From the NCBI RefSeq assembly GCF_009914755.1, contig NC_060930.1: 64,000 bases of DNA. The stretch is one strand, 5' to 3'. Shown piece by piece: positions 47,766 to 60,567 of the stretch. The notes under the pieces were generated by a model. It had not been told where the DNA came from. It saw only the letters and a program-made list of their open reading frames with translations, and made no database searches. A program made the translations under genes and the position numbers. Within the stretch, counting starts at the first letter, position 1; every line of letters begins with the position of its first letter. The DNA comes from the human T2T-CHM13v2.0 reference genome, Homo sapiens.

Positions 47766-50700
47766 TAGCAGACCCTTGAGCAACAAGGGTTTTAACTACA
47801 TGGGTTCACTTATATATGGATTTTCTTCAATAAATATATTGAAATATGTTTTGAAGTTTGTGACAGTTTGAAAAAACTCACAAACCATATAGCCCAGAAA
47901 TATTGAAAAAAAACTAAGGAAAAGATATGTCATAAATGCATAATACATATGTAGATACATCTATTTTATTATCTATTACCAGAAAATATACACAAATCTA
48001 TTATAAATATTGAAATTTATCAAAAGTTATGCTCACACTTAAAGACTGTACATGGTGCTATTAATAGTTGGGAGAAATGTAAACAAATGTAAAGATGCAG
48101 TATTAAATTATAACTGCATTAAATTAACAGAACATACTGTACTACTGTAATAATTCTGTAGCCACCTCTTGTGGCTATTGAGGTGAGCTCAAGTGTTTTG
48201 GGTATCTACTTAAAATGCGATGTGACCTAACCATTGCTGCATGAGCAGTTCATCTCTCCAGTAAATTGCATATTGCAGTAAAAACTGATCTCCTGTGGTT
48301 CTTGCATATTTCTCATCTTGTTTAGTGCATCTTGAATAATGTTATGGGACCCATATGAAGTGCCACTAGTGATGCTGGAAGTGTTCCCAAGAAGCAGAGA
48401 AAAGTCATGACATTACAAGAAAAAGTCTAATTGCTTGCTATGTACCATAGATTGAAATCTGTAGTTGTGGTTGCTGCTATTTCAAGATAAATGAACACAA
48501 CATAAAACCATTGTTAAAAAAAAAAAGAAAAGGAAATTTGTGAAGCTGTTGCTGCAGCTAGGCCAGCGGGTGTAAAAACTTTGTACTTTCTGCAAAATAC
48601 CTTTTAATCTTATATTGAAAATTCAGCTTTTATGTGGATATAGGATTGCTATGATTTGAGAAATTTATTCATTATATGACAACTTAAAGCAAAAGGAAGG
48701 TGATGGATCTAAAGCTGGAGAATTTAATGCCAGCAAAGGATGGTTTGTTGATTTTAGAATGTAGTATGGCTTAAAAAACATCAGGATAACAGGAGGAGTA
48801 GCTTCTTCTGATGAGTTCGCAGATGCCATTAAGAAAATCATTGAGGAGAAAGGATATCTGCCTGAATACGTTTTTTTTTCCTCTTTTTTTTTTTAATCAT
48901 ACTTTAACTTCTAGGGTACATGTGTACAATGTGCAGGTTTGTTACATATGTATAAATGTGCCATGTTGGTGTGCTACACCCATTAACTCATCATTTACAT
49001 TAGGTATTTTTCTTAATACTATCCCTCCCCCCTCCCCCTCTGCCACAACAGGCCCCGGTGTGTGATGTTCCCCACCCTGTGTCCAAGTGTTCTCATTGTT
49101 CAGTTCCCACCTATGAGTGAGAACATGCAGTGTTTGGTTTTCTGTCCTTGCGATAGTTTGCTCAGAATGATGATTTCCAGCTTCATCCATTTCCCTGCAA
49201 AGGACATGAACTCACCCTTTTTTATGGCTGTATAGTATTCCATGGTGTATATGAGCCACATTTTCTTAATCCAGACTATCACTGATGGACATTTGGGTTG
49301 GTTCCAAGTCTTTGCTATTGTGAATAGTGCCGCAATAAACATACGTGCACATGTGTCTTTATAGCAGCGTGATTTATAATCCTTTGGGTATATACCCAGT
49401 AATGGGATGGCTGGGTCAAATGGTATTTCTAGTTCTAGATCCCTGAGGAATCACCACACTGACTTCCACAATGGTTGAGCTAGTTTACAGTCCCACCAAC
49501 AGTGTAAAAGTATTCCTATTTCTCCACATCCTCTCCAGCACCTGTTGTTTCCTGACTTTTTAATGATCAGCATTCTAATTGGTGTGAGATGGTATCTCAT
49601 TATGGTTTTGATTTGCATTTCTCTGATGGCCAGTGATGATGAGCATTTTTTCATGTGTCTGTTGGCTGCATAAATGTCTTCTTTTGAGAAGTGTCTGTTC
49701 ATATCCTTCGTCCACTTTTTGATGGGGTTGTTTGATTTTTTCTTGTAAATTTGTTTAAGTTCTTTGTAGATTCTGGATATTAGCCCCTGAATAGGTTTTT
49801 AATTCAGATAAGTGCCCTATTCTGGAAAAAAATGCCACAAAGGACACTTATTAGTAAGGAATAGAAGCAAGCACTAGGATTTCAGGCAGAAAGGGATAAG
49901 CTAATGCTACTGTTTGTGCAAATGCAGTTGTGTTTATGATCGGGACTCCCCTTACCTATACAGCTGCTAAGCTCCCTTACCTATACAGCTGCTAAGCTAC
50001 TAGGCTAAAAGGGAAAAGATCAACACTAGCTGCCAGTCTTTCGGTTGTGCAACAGGAAAGCCTGGACAATGAGAACACTTGTTCTGAATTGGTTCCATTA
50101 ATGCTTTGTCACTGAAGTCAGGAAGTACCATACATGTAAGGAACTGTTTTTTAAAGTTCTTTTGATTTTGAACAATGCCGTTAGCCACCCAGAGTACAAT
50201 GAGTTAAACACTAAAGGTGTTGCAGTAGTCTACTTGTATTGAAGTAGTCTACATAGTTTTTAGGAAAACATGATGTCTCTAATTCAGCCTCTAGATCAGG
50301 GGGTTATAAGGATCTTTAAGGCTGATTACACACAGCACTCTATAGACAGGATTGTCAACAATGAGGAAGATAATCCCAGTAGAGAGAATAACATAAAAGT
50401 CTGGATGCATTAGACCACTAAAAAATGTCATCATTGTTATAGAGAAAGCTGTGAAGGCCATTAAACCTAAAACAACAAATTCCTGCTGGAAACAACTGTG
50501 TCCAGATAGGCATGACTTCACAAGATTTATGACAAAGCCAATCAAGGAAGTCATAAAAGAGATTATGGATATGGCAAAAAAGGCAGCAGGAGAAGGTTTC
50601 AATATAGGATCTTGGAGAAATTCAACAGCTTAGTAGACATCTCTATTAAGGTGTCTCTAATTAATAGAAAATTAATGGAAGACAACTTGGTGGAGATGTG

Positions 50701-51371
50701 TGCTTCCAATCAGTGGCAGACGATGAGGAAGAACAGGTAGAAGAAGCAGTGCCAGAAAACAAATCGACATTAAACAATCTGGTAGAAGGGTTCTGATTAC
50801 TCAAGACTGCTTTTGAATTCTTTTAGGACATGGGCCCTTCCATGATATGGACATTGAAACTAAAGCAAACAGTGGAAGAATAATTGGTACCATATAGAAA
50901 CATTTTTAGAGAAATAAAAAAAACATCAGACAGAAATTATGACATATTTCTGTAAAGTTAAACTGAATGTGTCTGTCTCTCCTGCCTCCCCTTCTGTCTC
51001 TTCTACCTCTTCCGCCTCTGCTATCCCTGAGACAGCAACACTCTTCTTCCTCTTCCTCCTCCTCAGCCTACTCAATGTGAAGACAAGGAGGATGAAGGCC
51101 TTGATTCTGATCACTTTCACTTAATGGATAGTAAATACATTTTCTTATGATTTTCTTACTAGTGTTTTCTTTTCTCTAGCTTTATTGTAAGAATACAGTA
51201 TATAATGTATATAACATATCAAATATGTGTTAACTGTTTATGTTATTGGTGTGGTTTCTGGTCAACAGTAAGCTATTAGTAGTTACGCTTCTGAGAAGTC
51301 AAGAATCATGTGGATTTTTGACTGCATGGGGGTTGGCACCCCTAACTCCTGTGTTGTTCAGGTGTCAACTG
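47766..51371 (+). mobile_element. Full-length Tigger2 DNA transposon interrupted by an L1PA
   Basis: TA-flanked TIRs (tagcagacccttgagcaaca and tgttgttcaggtgtcaactg); about 2.7 kb without the L1; transposase remnants (NSCWKQLCPD). Confidence 0.92.
48871..49786 (-). mobile_element. L1PA5-like, 5'-truncated (about 0.9 kb), inside Tigger2
   Basis: ORF2 C-terminal ORFs 49100-49342 and 49451-49702; TSD cctgaata(c/g)gttttt. Confidence 0.96.
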
Positions 51372-52139
51372 TAGAACCAAAAGTCTGGATGTATTTATTA
51401 TTTGAACCATACAACAAAAACAATAGAAAGACAAGACTCTCCAAATAAAAATTATTTTCAGGAGAAAGGGTATCAAACTCAGAGTTAACTTACTTAGGTG
51501 GCTACTAATGGTCTTATCCATACATTTGGTACTTGATTATTTAATCACAGAGTTGGTTGGTTTGATTTTTATAATGTGCAAAAATGCCTAGTGAGGTAGT
51601 TTACATTAAAGTTTACAGACTCAGAAAATATTTTGCCTAGCTTGATTCTGCATGAAAATATGAAGATATTCATGAAGATATATATTTATGTGTATAAACC
51701 TAAACATTACAAAAATGAATTAAAGCAAGAATTTTTCTTGATAAGAAGATATGTGCAAATTATTGGTTTTGAATAATTTAATTTCAAAGTTCAAATTTAA
51801 TTAAAACTACACACTAGACCAAAAACGGTGTTTAGTTTTAAATACATAGATTTAAGGCAATTCAAACTTGTACTGTTCCTATTTTGGTAGAGTGCTTTTC
51901 CCTGCTAGTTACCAGAGAGGCATTGCCCTTGTTTCTCTGTAGCATTTCTCCAGATAGATAGTAACTTGACAAAATTACTATTCTCTCCATGGATGGACTA
52001 TGCACATTGCTTTTGCTTACCTAGTTTCCTTTGTTTGTGCAGCTACCAACCCAGGCTGACCAAACAGATATACCTGTTAATAATAATATTCAATAAGAGG
52101 TTTTCCTAACATTTGATAAGTGGATGCAGGAAGAAAGGC

Positions 52140-52388
52140 TTTTTCTTTGTCCTGGATCACATGCTGTGAAGACCATCTAGTTGGAATGCCAACAGCCTTC
52201 TTTTCTAGCTGCTGGGACAAAAAGCCAGAGAGAAAAGCAGAATAAAGACAGAGAGATGCAGAGCGCAGGACCTGACCCTGCCTGAAGCCTTAGACTTTCT
52301 AATAAGAGACAATGACTCTTTTTTCTGTTGTAAGCTAGTTTGTGTTGGGTTTCTGTCCCTCACAGCCAAAATAATCCTGGCTAATTCA
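52140..52388 (+). mobile_element. MLT1J-like LTR relic (3' part)
   Basis: ...taagctagtttgtgttgggtttctgtccctcacagccaaaataatcctggctaattca. Confidence 0.6.
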
Positions 52389-52649
52389 ACAAATAAGCAA
52401 TAGAAAAAGCTGAAAGGGAAACAATTTACAGCAAAATATAAGGCAGTGCATCTAGCTCTTAGCCACATATGGCAAAAATGAGCTTTTTATGTGTTTTCAG
52501 ATATATAATAAATGAGAAAAATAAGAATTTTTGCCTTAATGTATCTCAAACATAGAGACTGTTAGTACATTTTACGAAAGTGTACGACATGCTTTAGTCT
52601 GCCAGTTAATTTTAAAAATTGCATTTCTTTAAATTTCTAAATTAAAAAC

Positions 52650-52825
52650 ATTATTTAAAAAATTGACAGATAATTGTATTTTCATGTACAACATGATGTT
52701 TCAAAGTCTATATACACTGTGAAATGACTAAATCTAGTTAACACATGCATTACCTAACACAGTTATCATTTTTGTGGTGAGAACACTTTACATCTACTCT
52801 TAGCATTTTTCAAGATTACAATAAT
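52650..52825 (-). mobile_element. L1MA 3' end fragment
   Basis: gtacaacatgatgttt...cttagcatttttcaagattacaata. Confidence 0.75.
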
Positions 52826-52845
52826 GACTTTAGGAGAACTATACT

Positions 52846-53158
<313 letters not shown>

Positions 53159-53288
53159 AGAAGTATATTTACACATCAAAACCTTGATCACTTTAGTAAA
53201 AAAAAATATTGTCAATGACATATATTTGGTTATACGGAAGTAAATCACTGTTTTGATAAATTATTTAATGACAATATGATTTAGCCAT

Positions 53289-53653
53289 TATATTAGTACT
53301 TTCTCACACTGCTCTGAAGGAATACCCGAGACTGGGTAATTTAAGAAGGAAAGAGGTTTAATTGACTCACAGTTCAGCATGGCTGGGGAGGCCTCAAAAA
53401 ACTTACATTCACGGTGGAAGGGGAACACATCCTTCTCCACATGGCGGCAGGAAGGAGAAGAATGAGAAACCAGAGAAGCAGGAAGGCCCTTATAAAACCA
53501 TCAGATCTTGTGAGAACTATCACGAGAATAGCATGGGGGAAACTGCCCCCATGATCCAATTACCTCCCGCCGGTCCCCTCCCACAACACGTGGAGATTAT
53601 GGGAACTACCATTCAAGATGAGAATTGGGTGGTGACACAGCCAAACCATATCA
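53289..53653 (-). mobile_element. THE1 (MaLR) solo LTR
   Basis: Ends ccaaaccatatca; perfect 5-bp TSD gccat at 53284-53288 and 53654-53658. Confidence 0.94.
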
Positions 53654-55056
53654 GCCATATATACAGGTAGGTTTAGGTAAAGATTAAAGGTTTAGGGAGG
53701 TTAATGGCAAAATATTCAGAGTAATTCATCTGACCTTAAACGATCCTCCACACCCTCACCACACATATGCAAAAGTACATGCAAATATACTTAATTATTG
53801 CACATTACAAAGCAACTATTACTGAGTTAAGTGCAAATTTATAGTCAATAAATCCAGGGAAATGAAATTGTATGATGAAATTTGTATGTAATTGAACAGG
53901 CAGAGTAAGAAATCCTTATATCTCAGTCTGTTTACATGCCAGATTGATTTGATTCTTTTGCTTGTTAGCTCTGTTTCATCAAAGTATTTACCTGATCTAA
54001 TTTCTTGAATTAACACATCAAATAAGGTGAACTGGTTTATGAGTAAACACCACCTCAATAACTCACACTATCATATCAGATCACTCTCTAATGGCTTCAC
54101 AAGTATTTGTCCCAACTGCCCTTTCCTTATTCCTTTTCCTGAACCTACGAATAAAACCTGAATGCTTTGACTTTGAGTTCACTGCTCTATTTAGAGTTCA
54201 GGGTTCTCTTCATGATTACTGCCACTAAACGCTATAAATGTAGAATTCCACAGTTAGAAGGGACTCTAAAATGCCTATTTCACTTACTAATTCTACAAAT
54301 GAAAACTCAAGCTCAGGGCTCTGACGTACCCATCCAAGGTTTCAAGTGGCAGAGCTGGTCCTGGACACACATCCCAGAGGCCCAGCCCAATGCTTGTATT
54401 GGGAAGGCATTATGCAGATGCTGTGCACACAACTTAGGACTTTTCACTGTATTCATTTGGTTTTATGCAAGTTTTTATGTCTCAGCATAACATGATAAAT
54501 CTGTGCTAAATGTTCAAATTATCTGAATGATCATATTCAATAATTATAAAGTTAATATTGAAGAAAAATAGTTCTTTATAGAGTTTTATTTCTGTTAAGT
54601 ATTAAGAGCATTTTATATGTATTAACTCATACAAATGATTCTTAGATTTTTTTAGTAGAAAGTCATACTAATCATTCTTTCTGGTAATCCTATTCACTTT
54701 TCATTAAGTTCTCTTTTATATAGGAGGTCTTACGCTACATTTTACATTTTGTGTAGCTTGTTTGCTTTTAAGTTGACAGATCAAGTAAGGTGTACTGGTT
54801 TACAAAATTGGTTTACACAAGGTGTAACTGTGTTACATCTCAGTTACATAGTAAACAGAGTAAAATATATTAAATTGAATAAAGTTTTGTATGAAATCCT
54901 GAATATAGTCTGGTTTTATGAACTATTTTTTTTTTTTTTTTTTGGCTACATGAAAGAGTTAGAAGGAAGTCTCTGTTTTGCAGAATAAAATATCTTTTTA
55001 GAAACTTTGAAGCACCAGATCTTTAAGGATTCTGGATAAAAATGTCTGTGATGAAA

Positions 55057-55195
55057 AGATAGATGCTTGGGGTGATGAATATCCCATTTACCCTGATGTG
55101 ATTATTACTGATGGTATGTATGTATCAAAATATCTCATATACCCCATAAATATATACACCTATGTACCCATAAAAATTAAAAATAAAAAAATTTA
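55057..55195 (+). mobile_element. L1MA extreme 3' end fragment
   Basis: ggtgatgaatatcccatttaccctgatgtgattatt...cccataaaaattaaaaataaaaaa. Confidence 0.8.
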
Positions 55196-55389
55196 AAAGA
55201 TATCTGTGGTGGAATACCAAATATGCCTCAAAGGTAGTATTTTATTAAAATCATGAAATATTCATGATTTTGGAAATTCTTATTTTGTAAAGTGAGGGTG
55301 ATGGTGGTTAACAACATACTTTTTAAGAAAAGTATATTGAGTTTGAACAAAATGTTATAATAACATTTGTATATTTTGGTAGCTGAGAG

Positions 55390-55580
55390 TTTGCCTGTAG
55401 AGTGAATGTGCTTAAATCCCAGTTCTTAAATTTTCTAGTTTGTGTGACCTTGGCAAAAAGCATTCAGTCTTTTTGTATCTCAGTTTTTTCATCTAAAAAT
55501 ATGAAGATAATAAGCAGTTTTTATCTCAGAGTTGTTGGGACAATTAAACACATGCATTAAAAAGTACTAAGAAATAATAA
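55390..55580 (+). mobile_element. MIR relic
   Basis: tgtgtgaccttggcaaa...ctcagttttttcatctaaaaat. Confidence 0.65.
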
Positions 55581-57871
55581 ATTAGTGATTTTTATTAAAA
55601 ATAGAAAATTATTTTATATTATTACTCCTTAAAAATGATAAATAATTACTGCTATTAGCCTACATTTTGCTGGATTTTGATTGAATTATTTGAAGGAGAA
55701 GAAATACTCTTTATAGAAAAAAGATCTGTAATTTACCTACTATTAGGAATTTACATATATAATTGGTTTGTGAATCCCGCCCCAACAGTTTCTGAGATTT
55801 GCTAGATGTTATTCGAAGCACTAAGCTCTTGCCTTTTCTCATTATTATAATCAACTATTTCCTGTATGCCAGCAAAGTCAGTGGTAAAGATGTTAAATGT
55901 TTACAGCAAGCAGGAATATTGTCCTAATCGCATAATAAGCAATTAGAAAAAAAATGCCCCCTGACAGAAAGCAATCATTGGTTATGCCTTATGTTGAGCT
56001 CTTCTGTTTCATGATTGATTAAATGGTTCTTTTCTATTAAATTATTGTTGTGAAAACAGAGCTGTTTCATACTGAAGGTCATGACATAACGTTATTCATT
56101 ATTTAGGCCAATATAGCAAGGTTTTTAGTAATAAGTCTTAGGAAGAAAGTTCATTTGAAAGTGCTTTCGTTGCTCACATTACATTCTGCTGAGGTTTTAT
56201 TAAGATGGAGCATTAAACACAATACTAATGACTCATGAGTAAAAATATAGTGAACTAAATGATGCAAAAACACCTCAACTATTTGAAGAAAACATGTTAA
56301 ACACACATGCACATCTCAAAGACAAAGAAAATGAAAAGATCTTGCTTTTATATTGTATTAGAGCTTCTAGGCTTCTCCTTTCATTATTAATCATACTTGG
56401 CTGCACAGAACACTTGCGATCTGTCCTTTCTTTGTAGAAGCTGCCATTGTGTGAAGATGGATATGCCTTTTTTCTCCCTCTTCTCCCACAAGATGAATTC
56501 TCAATCTCAATTGCTTTCTCATAGCATGTGCACTTATCTTTGCCTTTTGTGCACTGGAGGAGAACATGCTTCTCCATTTCTTTGTCTCTCAGAAATATGA
56601 GACAAGTGCCTTTTGCTCTATCATGTAGCTGCTCTTTACAATGTCAGCTGCACTGATGCCTGCCTCCAGTAGCAGGCTGGTGACAAACACCACAAGGGTG
56701 TATCTCCCCAACAAGATGCTGATCAGACAGCTTGAAAGAAAGCAATGCCCTGTTTTTCCATTTTAGGGGACAAACATTTTTCTCTCTCTCCCTGATTTCC
56801 TTTCTCCTTCCTTTCTCTCTTTCTTTCTTTCTCTCTCCTTCTCCTGAACCAATTTTTTTTTCTAAAAAATACTAATATTTGAATCAACCTTTCAGTCAAG
56901 AGTATTCTATTAACTTGGTTCCAAACCAGGGACAAAAGTGCAGAATGTTCAGGTAATGAGGTTTAGGTTCTTTACTGGCTTAAAGAGGCAATGGGCATTC
57001 TGTATCTGGGCATTTAAGTATTGTTCCATAATTATTTACATACTGTATATATAATATGTAATACATATAATATGTGCTATATATACAGTGTGCTATATAT
57101 ATGTTCTCATCTATATATTATCTTCTACTTTGTGTCATGTGTTTATCTTCCCTATGTCTTATTATTTCTGTATTTTCAGAATTGTTCAGTTACTACAGTG
57201 TACTACCTATAATATTTTGAGATTTTTTAATATACAAAAATGAGCATTTTAAATTATACTTTTAGTGAAGATTCCATATAGCTCAAAGACTAACAGAAAA
57301 TGAAATTGACACAAAATTAAAGACTCATCAATGGACACTTCAAAATCAGACACAGGTAGACATAGTTCTGTTAGAAGAAAAGATAAGGGTAGTGAAGTGT
57401 CTATGCTTTACATATTCTGTTATTCCCCACTCCCTTTGGCATAAATTTTAAACTCATTAGTCCAGCCCCAGATGCCTTGCCCATCTCAACACTTACACTA
57501 TCCTACAAGTGTCCTGTGTTCTAGCCATACTAATCTCCTTGGAATTTCTTAAATTTTCTAGGTTATCTTCCTGCCATACTTTTGTACATGCAGTTCCTCT
57601 CTTTGCCTGGGTAGCTTTCTTATATATAAATATTCAATTCAGTGGTCCCTTTCTCTGGGAAGATATTCTCAATTTCAGTTCTCAGGACTGGGTTAGGTGC
57701 CTCCTAAAGCTCATATCTTAGACATATTCTTTTCATTGCCCTTTTTATTCACTCATTTATTCATTCATTCAATAAATATATATTGTGTGCATAATAGATG
57801 CCATTTGTATAACTGTCTGCTGATATGCCTCTCATCCACTAGACTATGACCTCCTTGAGTTAAGAGACACA

Positions 57872-58010
57872 CAGTTATTCTCATTCTTCTGGGAATTATG
57901 TTCTATAAAGTGGCATAAATAATAAACTAACAAATATGGAACTATTACTCCTAAAATAACAAGTTGGATTCCTAAGAACCTTTGGTCACAACACTGTCAC
58001 CAACCAAAAT
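57872..58010 (+). mobile_element. MER6-like (TcMar-Tigger) fragment
   Basis: ttatgttctataaagtgg...ttcctaagaacctttggtcacaaca resembles the MER6 5' end. Confidence 0.6.
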
Positions 58011-58090
58011 GTCATTTGCCTTAGGTAGGTTCATTTGTCAATGTCCTTATAAAACAAACCAGTCTCATCAGCATTAAAAATCTGCTTTTT

Positions 58091-58419
58091 GGCCAGGCGC
58101 GGTGTCTCACGCCTGTAATCCCAGCACTTTGGGAGGCCAAGGCAGGTGGATCACGAGGTCAGGAGTTCCAGACCAGCCTGGCCAAGATGGTGAAACCTCA
58201 TCTCTACTAAAAATACAAAAAATTAGCCGGGCGTGGTGGCAGGCACCTGTAATACCAGCTACTCGGGAGGCTGAGGCAGAGAATTGCTTGAACCCGGGAG
58301 GTGGAGGTTGCAGTGAGCCAAGATCACACCACTGCACTCCAGCATTGGCAACAGAATGAGACTCCGTCTCAAAAAACAAAAACAAAACAAAACAAAAAAA
58401 AAAAACAAAAAAAACAAAA
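58091..58419 (+). mobile_element. AluSg-family SINE
   Basis: Full Alu with (CAAAA)n tail; upstream TSD aaaaatctgcttttt, downstream copy cut by the LTR7. Confidence 0.95.
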
Positions 58420-58425
58420 CCTGCT

Positions 58426-58792
58426 TGTCAGGCTTCTGGGCCCAAGCCTGCACACAGATGTCCAGATGGCTTGAAGTATCTGAAGAATCACAAAAGAAGT
58501 GAAAATGTCCGGTTCCTGCCTTAACTGATGACATTACCTTGTGAAATTCCTTCTCCTGGCTCAGAAGCTCCCCCACTGAGCATGTTGTGACCCCCGCCCC
58601 TGCCTGCCAGAGAACAACCCCCTTTGACTATAATTTTCTATTACCTACCCAAATCCTATAAAACAGCCCCACCCCTATCTCCCTTCTCTGACTCTCTTTT
58701 CAGACTCAGCCCACCTGCACCCAGGTGATTAAAAAGCTTTATTGCTCACACAAAGCCTGTTTGGTGGTCTCTTCACATGGACGCGCGTGACA
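58426..58792 (+). promoter_or_regulatory. HERV-H 5' LTR (LTR7 family, short 367-bp variant)
   Basis: TG...CA termini; GC box 58591-58599; TATAAAA 58657-58663; ATTAAA 58728-58733. Confidence 0.95.
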
Positions 58793-58794
58793 TT

Positions 58795-58812
58795 TGGTGC
58801 CCTGACTTGGAT
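58795..58812 (+). other. tRNA-His primer binding site
   Basis: TGGTGCCCTGACTTGGAT matches TGGTGCCGTGACTCGGAT at 16 of 18 positions, directly after the LTR. Confidence 0.92.
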
Positions 58813-60230
58813 CAGGGGACCTCCCTTGGGAGATCAATCCCCTGTCCTCCTGCTCTTTGCTCCGTGAGAAAGATCCACCTACGACCTCTGGTCCTCAGAC
58901 CAACCAGCCCAAGGAACATCTCACCAATTTTTAATCAGGTAAGTGATCTCTTTTTACTCTCTTCTCCAACCTCTCTATCCCTCAACCTCTTTCTCCTTTC
59001 AATCTTGGTGCCACCCTTCAATCTCTCCCTTCTTTTAATTTCAGTTCCTTTCCTTTTCTGGTAGAGACAGAGGAGATGTGTTTTATCCGTGAACCCAAAA
59101 CTCCGGCGCCTGTCACATACTTGGGAAGACAGTCTTCCCTTAGTGTTTAATCACTGCGGGGATGCCTGCTTGATTATTCACCGACATTTCAGAGGTGTCT
59201 GATCACCACGGGGATGCCTGCCTTGATCCTTCACCCTTAGTGTCAAGCACCACTTTCCTAGGGGGCAAGCACCCCTCACCCCTTCTCTCCGTGTCTCTAC
59301 CCTCTCTTTTGTCTGAGCTTGCCTCCTTCACTATAGGCAACCTTCCACCCACCATTCCTCCTTCTTCTCCCTTAGCCTGTGTTTTCAAGAACTTAAAAGC
59401 TCTTCAACTCACACCTGACCTAAAACCTAAATGCCTTACTTTCTTCTGCAATGCCACTTGACCCCAATATAAACTCGACAATTTTTCCAAATATCCAAAA
59501 AACGTCACTTTCGATTTCTCCATCCTACAAGATCTAGGTAATTCTTGTTGTAAAATGGACAAATGGTCTGAGGTGCCTGATGTCCAGGCATTCTTTTACA
59601 CATCGAACCCTCCCTAGTCTCTGTTCCCAATGTGACTTGTCCCAAATCCTCCTCCTTTCCCTCCCACCTGTCCCCTCAGTCTGAACCCCAAGCATCACTG
59701 AGTCTTTTCAATCTTCCTTTTCTACCGACCCATCTGACTTCTCCCCTCATCCCTAGACTGATCCTCCTCAGGTCACTCCCCACCAGGCTGAATCAGGCTC
59801 CAATTCTTCCTCAGCTTCTGCTCCTCTACCCTATAATCCTTTTATCTCCTCCCCTCCTCACACCTGGTCTGGCTTACAGTTTTGTTCCACGACTAGCCCT
59901 TCCCTACCTGCCCAACAATTTCATCTTAAAGAGGTGGCTGGAGCTAAAGGTATACTCAAGGTTAATGCTTTTTTTCTTTATCCAACCTCTCCCAAATCAG
60001 TTAGCATTTAGACTCTTTTTCACCAAAAATAAAAACCCAGCCCATTTCATGGCTTGTTTGGTAGCAACCCTGAGATGCTTTACAGCCCTAGACTCTGAAA
60101 GGTCAGAAGGCCATTTTATTCTCAATATGCATTTTATTACCCAATCTGCTCCCGACATTAAATAAAGCTCCAAAAATTAGATTCCAGCCCTCAAACCCCA
60201 CAAAAGTACTCAACTAACCTCACCTTCAAG

Positions 60231-60557
60231 GTGTACAATAACAGAGAAGAGTTGCAATTACTTTCCTCCTCTGTGAGGCAAAACCCAGCCGCACCTCCAG
60301 CACACAAGAACTTCAAAATGCCTAAGCCACAGCGGTTAAGCATTCCTACAGGACCTCCTCCATCAGGATCTTGCTTCAAGTGCCAGAAATCTGGCCACTG
60401 GGCCAAGGAATGCCCACAGCCCAGGATTCCTCCTAAGCCATGTCCTATCTGTGTGGGATCTCACTGGAAATCGGACTATCCAACTCACCCGGCAGCCACT
60501 CCCAGAGCCCCTGGAACTCTGGCCCAAGGCCTTCTCGGCTTAGCAACTGAAGACTGA
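60231..60557 (+). pseudogene. gag: HERV-H gag nucleocapsid remnant
   Basis: CCHC zinc knuckle [14 protein letters not shown] at 60372-60413; second knuckle degenerate ([13 protein letters not shown]). Confidence 0.9.
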
Positions 60558-60567
60558 TGCTGCCCAA

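Noticed and set aside
55247-55271. 11-bp-arm hairpin aaaatcatgaa-ata-ttcatgatttt
   Set aside because: It is short and AT-rich, so plausible by chance in 64 kb.
58795-58812. tRNA-like sequence
   Set aside because: It is the retroviral primer binding site complementary to tRNA-His, not a tRNA gene.
59632-60165. 177-aa ORF in HERV-H
   Set aside because: It is an off-frame read of the C/T-rich gag region, which is poor in stop codons; it has no Gag motifs.
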